A stretch of DNA of 62,924 nucleotides, the filler included, from Bigelowiella natans CCMP2755 (Eukaryota; Protista; Cercozoa): NCBI GenBank assembly GCA_000320545.1. It is 5 parts of 5 records of this genome, joined end to end, with 100 filler letters (N's around TTAATTAATTAA, not from the genome) between each part and the next. Parts side by side here need not be neighbours in the genome. Positions count along the whole stretch, not along the records: positions 30,072 to 60,336 come from ADNK01000040.1; positions 60,437 to 62,924 come from ADNK01000115.1; 3 more parts are not named here. One strand, written 5' to 3'. The notes beneath the pieces are model-generated. The model ran no database searches, had not been told where the DNA came from, and saw only the letters and a list, made by a program, of their open reading frames with translations. Shown piece by piece: positions 52,475-62,924 of the stretch (position 1 is its first letter; each line of letters opens with the position of its first letter). Position numbers and translations under genes: made by a program.

Positions 52475-53087
52475 CGATAAATCCTTTCTTTAGTTGGACC
52501 CGCTGTGGGGGATATTTTGATGTCTTTCCAACAACTCTAGATTATCCAAATGTTCTGATGCCACAAGTGTCTTTTTTTTTTTACGGAAGAGAACAGCCAG
52601 CCTCAGGCAGCTCACGCGTAACATTCGAATCTCTGATAGAAGCAAAAGGGAGTGAGTTGGATCTTGTTGAAGCATTCCAACTAAAACTGTTACGGAACTT
52701 ACACTTGGGGTAGGGAATCGGACAAACTCCTTTCAGTGCGAGCAGATATAGCCTCCCCCATTCTCCAAGTTTTCTTCTTCCTGTTGTTTCTGAGAGGGTC
52801 CTCAAGCGCCCCGAGAGCAGCGAGGAGCAGGGGGCGACGACCCTTTGACTACTTGTGCGGAGTTAGAGGTCGATTGGTTGCTCGGAGCGCTATTTTGCCT
52901 CTGCGACGTGGATATATTCCCATATAAGCGAAGGAATCGCATAGACCGCCGATACTGCGACATCCTTCCCGCCGATCGGAATACGGTTCAAAGGGTTCAC
53001 AAGACTTCGGTGGGATTTCCGTGTCGCGCGTATAAAAACCAGGTGATTTTTTCTCGTTACGGTCTCCTCGGTTCTCCTGGGAAAGCA

Positions 53088-53791
53088 ATGGCGTCTGCGT
53101 CTGAGGCTCGCATTCGGGAGCTGGAGGAAGAGCTCCGACGCTTGAAAATCGGAGCGAAAGTATGATGTGGCGAGCACGTTGCGGCCGCTTTGCTCTCTCT
53201 CTCTCTCTTTCTTTTCCTCTTTTATTTAAAGCATGATTACTAATGATCGATGTGACGTAGAATGCCACCGCCCCTGCGAAAGTTGAAGATGGCAAAGAGA
53301 ATAAGAACGACTGCCCCGGTGGCTATTACCGCTATCCCGTCCTGTGTGGCGACCTGCTCGTATTTCTGGCACAGGTATAAGATCGAACTGGCAGAAGTCC
53401 GCATACACGTACACACCACGTGCAGCAAGGATAGAGCATCCAGAATCGGCAGCACAGCAGGAGAAGGCGAGGAGGAAGGATAAACTTCTTTCTCTCTTCT
53501 TCTTCTACTTTTGTTGTTTATGCTAGTTCTTCTACTACGCCATCCACACGATCCACAAGCGGCAGCAGCAGTAACAGCAGCAGCAGTAGCAGGAGCGTTA
53601 AATAGGAGCCGCCATACCGTCTTTCTCACCATCCCTGTAAAATATTCAGGACATGCTACACGTTGCGCGCTTGGACTCCATCGCTACCGTTCCTCCTGTG
53701 CCTATTGAAGGAACTCATATGGCCAGGTATACTGATAATGGGGTATGACTGCTGTTCTATTATTTTGAGCCACGGCCGACGGCATCACGAG

Positions 53792-53826
<35 letters not shown>

Positions 53827-55017
53827 CAGCATTATCCTTGTCATCACCATCATCCTCTGCATTGCGACAACTCTCGCTTCCATACCAACCCAAAAAAATT
53901 GATAGAAAATCGACAGTGTTGGTCCCTAAACACCTTCAGTGTTGCAAGTTGGTAGAATTGTGAACACGATAATTTCCTTATCATTATCGTCACCGCATAA
54001 CCTCTCGTCTTCCTAAACAGCCATCCATCTATCTCTCCGGATGGAAAGACGCTGGTTTTTACGGTCACGAATGCTAGTGACGTGCAGGAGGTATTTTACA
54101 CCGTGGCCCCTCCTCTTCCTTCTCACCACCAGTAGGCACCCCTTACCGAATTACAATTACAAATAGGTGTTCGCACTGCCCCTATGCAGCGGTTATGAGT
54201 CCTCCTCCTCCTCTTTGCTTTACTGTGAGGGTAAGCTCCAACTCACGCACCTGGGTGCTGATGAGACCGGTAATAGATCAGGGGGCACATGTCTGCTCCT
54301 AACTTGAGGATGCAAAGCCCATACACACACACACACACACATACACATACACACTAAAAGAACGAGTACCAGGAAGTATATCGACTTATAACGTATAGTA
54401 ATAGCATGTGTGTGCATAATGCGGTCAGTTGCTTGTCACCAAAACCATCTTCTTAACAAAGAAGCCCGCTTCATACAATGCGTATCGGTTAGGCATAGCA
54501 GGGTGGGGTATCACACCTTCCTCCAGCTCTTCGTCTTCTCCCCCCTCATCCTCTTCCTCATCAAAGTCGTCGGCCTATAACCTTTACCTTCGCTCGCTAG
54601 CGCGTGCAGCTCGACCTGGTCTTTTTCAGCACTTTTTCTATCATCATCCTTGCGGTGTTCCATCTCGATACTATAAATGATATATATTATAAATATTCTT
54701 CTATGATGTTCAATCTTTCTGACCTCTTTCGTATTCAAACAAGGGTCCGTCACAAAGACACACCGTGTAGACGTATTACTGTATTCTCAGGAACGACGCA
54801 GATATTCCGTAGTGGAGGCCCAAGATGGTCGCTAAGTGGTAAAGCGACGGGGGGGCGGCATCTGGTAGGGCAAGCTCAGGACGGAGGCGAACTGGAGGAA
54901 ATGCCGATTATAGATGCAGATTGCATCCTGACTGATAAGCACAGTGGCCAAATCATCGGTGATTCAACGTATCCTGAGATGATGCATGCAGCTTGCGGCT
55001 ATCTGAGTTATCATGTA

Positions 55018-55053
<36 letters not shown>

Positions 55054-56652
55054 ATGTGGATGTGCCTTTGTGCTGCTGCTGCGCTCATGATCGTTCGTAG
55101 GCATGGGGCGTCATACTGAGGACGCTCATATGAAAGAATGGCGAGGGTAAATGATGATGATCATGAGCGTAAACACGTGCACACGATATACGAATATTCA
55201 TTTCGTCTTAAAGAATTAGTACACTGCTTCAATTTACTCATATTTTACTACCATCCCCCCCCCCCCCTTCCCTCATTCGTCCGATACCATCTTATTAGAT
55301 ACGGTGGCGGACGCTTGGGTGAGCTATACCTCCTCAACAGCGCATCGATGAAGATGATGAATTGGGGAGAGGAGATCCCGTCTGGTGCTACTAGTGCTGC
55401 GGACGCAGCTGTTCAGAGAGAAGCACTGACGCCATTTCGTCGTGTCTTCAGCGACTATCACATTTCCTGCCCAATGGTCTTCTACGGCAGAAAAGACCAC
55501 GATGGCGACAATGGTGAAAAGAGAACTACAGCTACTGATACTCCTCCCATCGTCTTATTCGTGGCCACGCGGTCGTCCATGCCCGATTTCGCGAATCTTT
55601 ACGCTGGAGACTGGGGGGGGCGGAAGCTTGTGATGCTAACCGAACACAAGAAGTTCCACGTGCGACAGGCCTCCATCGATCCTAGCAGTAATACATACAT
55701 GAAAGAGAGCACCAACACTTACCACGTCCTCTCACCTCCACTGGCATGCGACCACGGCAACGACGTCGATGACTTATCTCTTACTTGTTCGTGCACTTTG
55801 TCGGTCTTGTTGCTTTTTATCGTCGTCGTTGTCGTCGTCGTCGTCGTCGTCGTCGTAATGACTGTCTCCAGGCGGGCGCGTGGTGTACAACTGCGGCCCC
55901 GATTTGTTCCTCCTCGACATCGGTAGCGTGTTGAGGCAGGCCAAAGTGCTACTAACGAGCCATGTACGCGGGGAAAGCAGGAGTAAGGTTGTACAAAGAA
56001 ATATTGACAATGGTGGTGGTGGAGATAATGTGCGGCGGAGGCGGCGGCGTCGATTCGTTTCGATCGATCACTTTCCTTGCACTGTCCATCGTGGTGACCG
56101 CTGTTTCGATCCATCCATTAACCATATCCTCATCTCTTCTCCAGGAGACAACGATAATGACCTACCTTACGGACACTTCCATCGCCCCACCATCACCATC
56201 AGCATCATCACCACCAGCAGCAGTGAGGATGGGGGGGGGCAACGATGCCCTGGCACTGACCCCCACAACACCAACCACGCCGTCCTCCCCCCTTCGTTTC
56301 GCATCAAGCGGCGTCCTTGGCGTGTCAAAGGGCCTGTCGCCTTGGAGACTTCACCAACCAGCGGAGCACATCGAGGACGTAGCTATACACCCGAGGGGGC
56401 ACGCAATAGCGATGATAATTCGAGGTAGCAGCTGTAGAAAGTAATAGTGGTAATAGCCGAAGTCAGAACGGAGGGATTTGATGATGGTTTGTGCTCCTCC
56501 TCCTCCTCCTCCTCCTCCTTCTTCTTCCCCTTTGCTTTATGCAGGAACATTGTGGGAGATGGCTCCCTTCGGTGGCCCGGCAGTAGAAGTAGGCGTGGAG
56601 GGTGTCAGATACAAGATGCTCACGTATACCACAGATGGAGGTAGCAGTAGTG

Positions 56653-56685
<33 letters not shown>

Positions 56686-58923
56686 GTAGTAGTAGTAGAA
56701 GAGATATGATGATGACGACGATGATGATGACGACGATGATGATGATGATGATAATAAAAGATGTTGATGAGGAGGAGGAGGAGTAGAACTCGGAGAGGAA
56801 CAAATCCCCCAAATTTGTCAAATATTTGACATCGAGTCGTCTCCCCCCTGTCTGCATTATCATCATCATCATCATCATCTATTAACAATGATGATGTTAT
56901 CAGGCATGATTGCTGCCTTTGCCGATCGAGGGGATCCCGACGCAGTATATATCGAATTCCACGCGGCGGGACTATTTGCGAGTGAGTTGCAAGAAGGGAG
57001 AGGAAGAACGGCAAAAATAATGCTACAAAAGAAGAAGGAGAAGGAGAATTAGATGATGATGATAAAGAAACAAAATGACATAAACACGCGCACACAAGTT
57101 CATGGTGTGTACACAGCATCCTCTTTTTGACTCACGCATTCGTAGGAAAATCACATCATATCTACCACCCTCAATCCATCAATCAATCAATCAACCAATC
57201 AATCAACCGCCAGGGAATGAGCTCGGGCACCCAAACCCATACCCTGAATCGCTGCTACGTCGCCACGCCTCCAGCCCTCAGCTCGCTAAATTCATCCGAG
57301 GAGGGCGGGGGGGGAGGAGGAGCTGTTCACATATAAATGGCAATGACGAGGATGCAAAGACGCCTCCTCACATCTCTGCAAACTGGTACGAGGCAGGGCC
57401 CATGGCGCTGAGGCCTTGGGCGGTGAAGCTACCAAGTAGCTTTGGGGTACCGGAGGAGATGGAGCACAGCCCGCTCCCAAACGCAAACCTGCTGGTATGC
57501 GGGGGAGGAAAGGGGGAGAGGGGGGGGGGGGGGGGGGAAGATTTATATATGCACATATACATATATGTTGGCGGAGGACTGGTGGTGTCGTTGCTGTGTT
57601 AGTGTGTCTTTTTTTTGTTAATACTCATTTAGCAGCCATCATGAAGTAATCGTATCATCGAATTCTCCCCCTCCTCCTCCTCCTCCTTCTTCTTCTTCTT
57701 CTTCTTCTTCTTCTTCTTCTTTTTCTCTTGCTCTGCACAGCTATTGACGGACCACACACAGAGGCTCTGGGCCGTTCGCTACGACCACCCCCCAAAGGGA
57801 GGGGACGGCTTACGGCACGTGGCTGGGGATAGCGGTGATGAGGATGACGACGGCGATGACAGGCACAAGAGAAGCAAGAAAAAGCATCAAAAGGCCAAGA
57901 AGTTGAGTGAAAAGGAGCTGAGAGCTCTGGCAAATGGTGATAACAGTTTTCGATAAATTGCTGCTCAGAAGTCGTTCCTTTGACTTTGCACAACGTTCAT
58001 AAACACGCACACCCAAAATGGTATTGGATTCTGTAACTCAACCAATATATGTATGTAGAGATGATGCGCGTCCAAATTCCAAAGCATGGTGAGGAGGGGG
58101 GTGAGGAGGACAGGGCTGCTGCGGACTCCGGTAGCAAGAAGGAAGGAGGTGATGATATTATCATCATCGATGCTTTTGTCAGATCAAATGAATGAGCTCG
58201 TCGAATGTTGTGTGTCTTTGTGTGGATGAGGAGTAAAAGGGGGGGAGGGGAGGTGGGAGGTGGGAGGTGTAGATGCACCAAGGTGAATGTCTGTGAATCT
58301 TGAGGTTATTCTGGTATGCAGAAGGAAGGAACGAAGGCAAGAGCTGCAAGCTATTAATGTTAAAGGCCAAGGCGATTGTCATTGATTCGTGCAAGAATGA
58401 AGGGGGCATCAGCGACTTGGAATTCTCCCCCTGCGGTCGGTTTGTTACTGCTGTTTTTGCAGAGAGAGAGGGGAGGGGGGGGGGGGGGGTTATAGAGAAG
58501 GGGCCAAGCCTCACGTGTGTTATATGATGAAGACAATGGCAATGATAGAGAAAATGTTGTCTTCTAGGCTCTTACGTGGCATACACGTTCGCTACCAGCC
58601 CGTCTTCTTCTGTAAGTAGCAATTGTATGGCTTGTGCGAGTAGTAGCAGTAGCAGCAGCAGTGTGCTCTCATCCCGGGAAGAAGAAGAAAAAGATGATGA
58701 TGATGATGATGATGATGATGAGATGGTGTGCTTGCTAGGACAACCCTCTCGTGCATTATATTGTTTGATGAGTGTGCTGATTGGTCGATCGCTATTTATT
58801 CGTTTTCATCATCCTTTTCGCTCTTCTTCTTCTTCTTCTTCTTCTTCTTCTAGGTCATCAAGATCGCTAAAATCTACCCACATATCAGGACAAACAGCGT
58901 ATGGCCACACACATCACACGCGC

Positions 58924-58955
<32 letters not shown>

Positions 58956-59533
58956 CATTCTCATCACCATCATCATCACCATCATCATCACCATCATCCT
59001 TTGAAAACAAAGAGCGCAAGCGATCGGTCTCCCTGCGGTGGTTCTCCGTCCATCATCGTTTTGATGCTGATTTCCAAACAAACAAAAAACAGGGCGTTGA
59101 AGTAACGAAGGCCCGCTCGTTCGCCGACAGCTGCCCTAGCTGGGATCCAGACGGACGGTATTACGTGCGTCGTTGTCTTCTGTTTACGCACGCACCGTGC
59201 AGCATGTGAGAGGGAAGAGTGTCCTTTGGCGGCGTGTTGGCGGCGTTAGCCTTGTGTTGCTGCTATGCATGCTACTGCGTCTCTCGGAATGCGTAAGAGA
59301 AGAAGATATCAATCCCCCGCATTTCTCTTGGAGTGAATGCGTGAGCGACGACAACATTGACAAACAACTTGGTGCGATGGCAGGTACCTGTATTTCCTGT
59401 CCTCGAGGGCCTTTTATCCTGGTAAGAGTGAGGGAGGGGGGGGGGGGGGGGGGGGGGGGGAAGGGTCTTTCCCCCACTACTATTAATAGAGATTGAAAGG
59501 GGTATTGGTTTACCAGGCTGCGAAACACAAAAT

Positions 59534-59565
<32 letters not shown>

Positions 59566-59856
59566 ACGCACGCACGCACACCATGGTGAAACACTACTAC
59601 TCAGCCGACGACGCCATGCTTCCCAACTCCATCGGCTTCAGAGCTGCAAAAATCCCTATGCTCGTATCTTTGAGGTCGTCGTCGCGCAGCGCCCAGGAGA
59701 GAACATAGAGCTGTCGTGCATGTGCATCAGGCAATTCATGATGTAGCATTCAATATGTGTGGTTGGCTGTGTGTGTGTGTGTGTGTGTCTGTGTGTCGTT
59801 GTTATTAGAGATGCAAGGAGCATGCCAAGCCCGTTTTTGATGTACAAAGGCCACAG
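53088..59856 (+). CDS. Tricorn protease-like protein (N-terminal beta-propeller regions), many introns, C-terminus not seen
   Basis: Exons GGYYRYPVLCGDLLVFLA | HPSISPDGKTLVFT | QLTHLGAD | MGRHTEDAHMKEWAR|YGGGRLGELYL | NLYAGDWGGRKLVMLTEHKKFHVRQASID | RVVYNCGPDLFLLD | IEDVAIHPRGHAIAMIIRG | LWEMAPFGGPAV..GVRY | ISDLEFSPCGR | FADSCPSWDPDGR|YLYFLSSRAFYP follow the motif order of prokaryotic tricorn (S41) proteases. Confidence 0.8.
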
Positions 59857-60336
59857 GTAGTAGTAGTAGTAGTAATCGTAGTAACAGTAGTAGTATGCGG
59901 TGCTGTTGTTGATGATCATCAGAGGAGCTTTTCTGCCTGTCGTTGCGTTTCTGGAGAGAGGGAGGGGGGGGGGAAGGGGGGAGGGGGGGACGCTCGGGCC
60001 ACCGCCGAAACGATCGTTTTGACTTGGCATTTGAGTGTGAGTTTTGTCCATCCTATTGTGGACTAAATGGAGGAAGGGAAGGCTTTGGTTGCGGGTCTGA
60101 CATAACAGTTGAAGACGACGGTGTGCAAGAATACGTGGTGACCGCTCTACAATCCCATCAATTTTTGCTAGGATAGATGGCGTCAGTCGAGCGCATAGCT
60201 GATGAATCCCATCATATGAACAACCAGGCTACTGAGCCTGTTGCCTTTCACACTGTACGTTCTGTATCGACCGGTCATTGATGGATATTTGAGACCACAA
60301 TGGAAGAGGAAAGCTACCGATTATCTATAGGGCTCT

Positions 60337-60436
60337 NNNNNNNNNNNNNNNNNNNNNNNNNNNNNNNNNNNNNNNNNNNNTTAATTAATTAANNNNNNNN
60401 NNNNNNNNNNNNNNNNNNNNNNNNNNNNNNNNNNNN
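60337..60436. other. Assembly gap spacer
   Basis: N44-TTAATTAATTAA-N44. Confidence 0.98.
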
Positions 60437-60819
60437 GAGAGAGAGAGAGAGAGGGACCATTAGGATAATATGGATGTTGGGCTGTACTGTTATACCTTCA
60501 GTAACACCACCAAGGGAGTTCGCTTCATACGCAGGGGGTAATGGATTTAAGATAGTTTGTGGCTATATCCAGTAGAAAATAACACCCATCGTTGCGCCAA
60601 TTAATCCCACTGGTTGTATCTTCAGACATACACCTTGCATCCAGAGACCTACAACCAAAGGCCTGCTTGGTACTACAGTACTACATTATAGAGGAAGGCG
60701 TCGCACACGAAATGGCTCTTTCAATCAACCCTCGTCGTACCATATCGTTCTGTTCTAAGTCGTCACACGCGAAGAAATTCTTTCAATCAACCCATATCGT
60801 CCTTATCTGTCAAATGCAT

Positions 60820-61214
60820 CGCAGGCAATTCGGACAACGGTATCTTTCCTTCGTCAATAACCAAGGGCATGGGACTTGGATATTAGGTAAGTCGAGGTGT
60901 AGATACAAGTCTCTGGGGTATTACCGGGGAGGTAGCTGTGGTGAAGACCTTCCATCTTGTTTGCATCTGCGCTGCTGTGTTCTTGCCACGCCACGCCGTT
61001 CTTCTATGCGTCGCATTTTAAGTGCTATTATTCCTGATATTTCCCAGTTTAATTTGTTATCTGTTGTGATTGTTTCGTCTCTTTCGACCGTCCACCAATC
61101 AGGAGACCGACCTGGCTTTGATGGAGGGGTCATCTATGCGCGCCACGATTATCCAACGCTTATTCCACCAACATCCAGTAGGCCCACTCCTTCCAACACT
61201 TCCAACACCACTGC

Positions 61215-61245
<31 letters not shown>

Positions 61246-62381
61246 GTATTATATTAGCAGCAGCAGCAGCAAGCTGCAAGCAGTCGTTACTTTCCCTAGG
61301 GGCGGGACTTGTAGCAATAGTGGCGTTTCACCACACTCTGATTTGCCCTATCTGTGCCGCCAACACCACGATTAGAATACTACGTGTATGGGAGCACGGG
61401 ATGGAAGGAATCAGATGCTGTGCGGGTAGAATGCTCAGGTAGTTATTATTCAGCCACCAAAGGCCATAGAGTAAATCGTCGTGGTGTGGGCGAGGCAATT
61501 TTAGGTGTGGGGGAAGGGGGGGGGAGAGGTAGGGAATGTATGCGTAAGGATAGCATTTTGAGCAACGTCCACAACGATTATCTCTTCTTCACCTATGTTG
61601 GCGAATGATGCCGATGATGAATTCCGCACAACACAACAACAACATCATCATCAACAACAACAACAACACTGTCAAGGCACGCTCCTCGGCGATGCGCTGT
61701 TCCACGTCGAGCTTCCAACGCAACAGACTACGCTTATGGTTGTAGTGTGTGGAGAGTGCGTCGATGATCAAACATGATGATGATGATGATGATGACTATT
61801 GAAGAAGAAAGACATGACGACGTGATGAGATTCAATGCTGTGCACGGGAAAATCGAGCATGATGGTCGAATAGAATCGAGGAACGTCATTTTGAAATACG
61901 GCCTTTGCAACGCATAGCATGCATTGCATGGCGCACAATGTACATGGTGGATGGTGAACGTATAAGCTGTTGATTCCTTCCCTCTCTCCCTCTCCCTCTC
62001 CCTTTTTCTCTCTGTCTGTCTCTCTCGCTATCCCACCCCTTCACCATTCAAAGGTACCTCCGCTAAGCCCAACGCAGTGCACGGATGAAGCGAAAGCGAA
62101 GGTGGTGATTAGGTACCTAGGTAGTGGTGATGACGGTATTATTCGCTTAACACGCCGATGCTTGTTGCTTGCCCTAGCGACAGCGCCACAGCATGAAGAT
62201 CCTTGGACGAGTTCGTCATAGTAGACGATAAGATTAGGAGATAGGAGTAAAATGAGACGGTAGGAATCATCGAGCCCGAGCGGTGTGAGCTGCCTCGTTG
62301 GTGTGAGGAGCGGATTCAGCGGCTGCTGCTGCTGCTACTGATTATTATTATTGTTATTATTATTATTATGATGATGATGAT

Positions 62382-62414
<33 letters not shown>

Positions 62415-62760
62415 GACAATGCAGGTGGATATGAAGCTTCCTAAGACGCTGAAGGGACCTTACCTCTGCCAGTTCTCCTACTTCGACCCCAACTTCCAAA
62501 ATTGGGTTCCCTTCAAACGTAATAACTACAGGAGTATGTGGGTGGGGGAGAGTTTTCAAAACGGAGTGAATAGGAGTTGTATTCTGGCTGTGCGATTTCC
62601 TTTGATTTACGATGTTGCGAGAGGGAGAGGCCATTCATTCCCTCACTTGCGCTTTCCCGTTCTTTTCCATCGAAATGAATATCTTACCGAGTCTGATACG
62701 ATATGTCGTCAGCCGCGACTGATAGCGAGGCAGGACTGTGGTTTGGGAGTACTCTCAAGT
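60820..62760 (+). CDS. Exons of an uncharacterised gene
   Basis: Mostly AG/GT-bounded blocks GDRPGFDGGVIYAR, EYYVYGSTGWKESDAVRVECS, GTLLGDALFHVELPTQQTTLM and VDMKLPKTLKGPYLCQFSYFDPNFQNWVPFK between microsatellite introns. No family recognised. Confidence 0.45.
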
Positions 62761-62924
62761 TGTTCAAAGAGGAGGAGGAGGAGGAAGGAGGCGGTCGGTA
62801 TCCTCCTCCCCATGCGAGCATGTGCATGGGCGGGGGGGGGGGGGGGAAAGAAAGTACCTTTTTGGGGTGGCAAAACCATTTTTTTTCTGGGCCTTTTTTT
62901 CTTTCGTGTCTTTAAACCCAACAA

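Overview
Intron-rich eukaryotic (protist-like) nuclear scaffold with GT-AG introns full of microsatellites and four 100-nt assembly spacers (N44-TTAATTAATTAA-N44). Most entries in the ORF track are spurious or single exons. Genes rebuilt by eye: an RRM protein (-), a divergent atypical-E2F + double-CXC fusion (-), an HMG-box protein (-), a QSOX sulfhydryl oxidase (+), an NHL-repeat protein (+), an RCC1-repeat protein (-), an FKBP-like/TRF4-type poly(A) polymerase (+), a globin-domain protein (-), a canonical E2F7/8/DEL factor (+), an FLVCR-like MFS transporter (-), an intron-containing tricorn-protease-like gene (+) and an unknown gene at the right edge. The strongest signal is non-coding. Several 0.3-1.8 kb intergenic patches have lost almost all TpA dinucleotides except CTAG, while CpG is kept. 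A 50-bp tandem array beside one patch varies almost only as TA/TG/CA at fixed sites and never CG. I infer a regional TpA->TpG/CpA (A-to-G) hypermutation process, opposite in direction to fungal RIP. All counts are by eye and should be recomputed.
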